Position numbers and translations under genes: made by a program
The notes under the pieces: generated by a model
What the model was told of the DNA's origin: nothing
Databases searched by the model: none
Seen by the model: the letters and a program-made list of their open reading frames with translations, nothing else
Part shown: positions 62,551 to 64,000 of the stretch, piece by piece
Layout: every line of letters starts with the position of its first letter
Numbering within the stretch: position 1 is the stretch's first letter
Source: Octopus vulgaris
Lineage: Eukaryota
Length of the DNA stretch: 64,000 bases
Direction: 5' to 3'
Assembly: GCA_951406725.2 (NCBI GenBank)
Contig: OX597823.1
Span: forward strand, 23,312,001 to 23,376,000

Positions 62551-63487
62551 CTAACATGATGGTGTTGCATCAATTGGTCTCACTTCTCAAAAACAAACTG
62601 AAAAAAGGGTGTGACAATCATGAGTTGTCGATGAAAAGTAGGCCTCCCTTTGCAAATATATATCCTTTTTCCAGTGACGAAAAGTCACTGATATCGAAAA
62701 AGTGTAAACAAGCAATAATAAATCTCTGAGCAAGGTATAAACAGTAGCTGCAACACATCGTGAAGTATATTTGCCACTTAAATGTGGCTAAACCCTAAGA
62801 GTGGATGCTAATGTAGCTTGTAGCCCCAGGAGGACACCTCCTCCAGCTGGCTATTGACACACTTTCTGTGCCCTATCAGTATTTGCAAAAGGAAGCCATT
62901 CTTCCCATCTTCAATCTATGATACACATGGACTCATATAGATAACCCCTCGATTTCCCAAAAAAATTTTTGCTATATTTCACCCCAATAGTCAAAAAGAT
63001 TTTCTTATATTCCCAATTACTACTATCCATTCTTGCGTTGCCTCTCACCTCGCCCGATTCTTTCTCCCTTTCGCTATCTACTTGCCTTTCTCTACAGTAA
63101 ACATAATCGAACACACGGACACAGACCTCTCACCTCACAGCTGTCAGTTTTCTGACATCTACCCATCCACAAACACAATCACGCATTCAGACACACACAT
63201 ACACACATTAAGACAGTTATGTGCAGTCACACACACAGGCACTCATTCATAAAAGAAATCATTTAAACCCACCATTCTTTTGACCTGCACTCTCTCACCT
63301 TACTATTCTTATGCCTCCCTCCTCCTACTTTGTTTGAACCCTTGAACCTTTAGAACCTTCTAGATTCTTCTGCATTCAGCCACTCTGACGTCACTCCTTA
63401 TAAAGAGACACTCATTATCGCCATGGGCTCCTTGAGAGCGGTCAGCTAAAAGTTTTTGTGCATTTTGATGTCGACATAAGTTCCTTG

Positions 63488-63572
63488 ATTTTCCTGATGA
63501 GAAATCTGCATAATGTACTCCTTATTCCTTTAGAATTAGGAATATGCAGCCTTCGAAACATATGTCAAGAAT
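63488..63572 (+). ncRNA. type-I hammerhead ribozyme motif, canonical core, in a Penelope-pLTR-like segment (~62890-63780)
   Basis: ATTTTC-CTGATGA(63494)-GAA..CTGCATA...TATGCAG..TTC-GAAA(63555)-C.ATAT.G-TC-AAGAAT; palindromic ACATATGT; GUC triplet; first stem-I pair is a C.A mismatch. Confidence 0.7.
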
Positions 63573-63774
63573 GGAGGATATTTGTTAACTAGTCGTTCAG
63601 CTCCATTCTTTCATATACTTATAATTTTAAAATAAACATACAAATTTCCGCATGAAGACACGTAGTCTATGCCCTAGGGATGAGCTTCAACCGTGTTCTT
63701 TCTGATGTGAATTTGCTACCCAGGTATCGGTTATCTTTCGAATTATCCTTAATAAGATAATTCATTCAACTACT

Positions 63775-63813
<39 letters not shown>

Positions 63814-64000
63814 TATAGTTTCAGGCCAACCAAACCCTTGTGAGTGGATTTCATACATGGAAACTGAAAGAAGACTGTTGTACATATTTGTATATTTGCA
63901 TGTGTGGGGCTGTATTTGTACACTCAACATCACTTGTCAACTGATGTTGCTGTGTCTACATCCCTGTAACTTAGCAGTTAGGTAAAAGACACTGATAGAA

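Overview
AT-rich, repeat-dense eukaryotic (metazoan) genomic DNA. The SINE families, (TA)n/(GT)n load and intron sizes point to a coleoid cephalopod, most likely Octopus (inference). 1.1-20.7 kb (+): 11 coding exons of NDUFV1 (complex I 51-kDa flavoprotein). All have GT-AG borders and consistent phases; the N-terminal exons lie upstream of the window. 21-47 kb: mostly decayed transposons (Tx1/L1-like LINE, RTE, CR1-like, REL-type LINE, mariner, Helitron-like, Gypsy PBS, tRNA-SINEs) plus a triplicated orphan segment resembling a terminal exon. 47.9-58.8 kb (+): a probable secreted PAN/Apple-domain gene (two 1-1 phase PAN exons, a 30-nt microexon, and a candidate signal-peptide exon with no in-frame ATG sitting inside a fold-back triplication); the gene continues past the window. 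Most notable: several minimal type-I hammerhead-ribozyme folds tied to Penelope-like element ends, including non-canonical core variants (U3:A8 twice, G3:C8 once), and a SINE 3' tail that matches the 3' end of the Tx1-like LINE. All assignments were made by eye; none was checked by database search.
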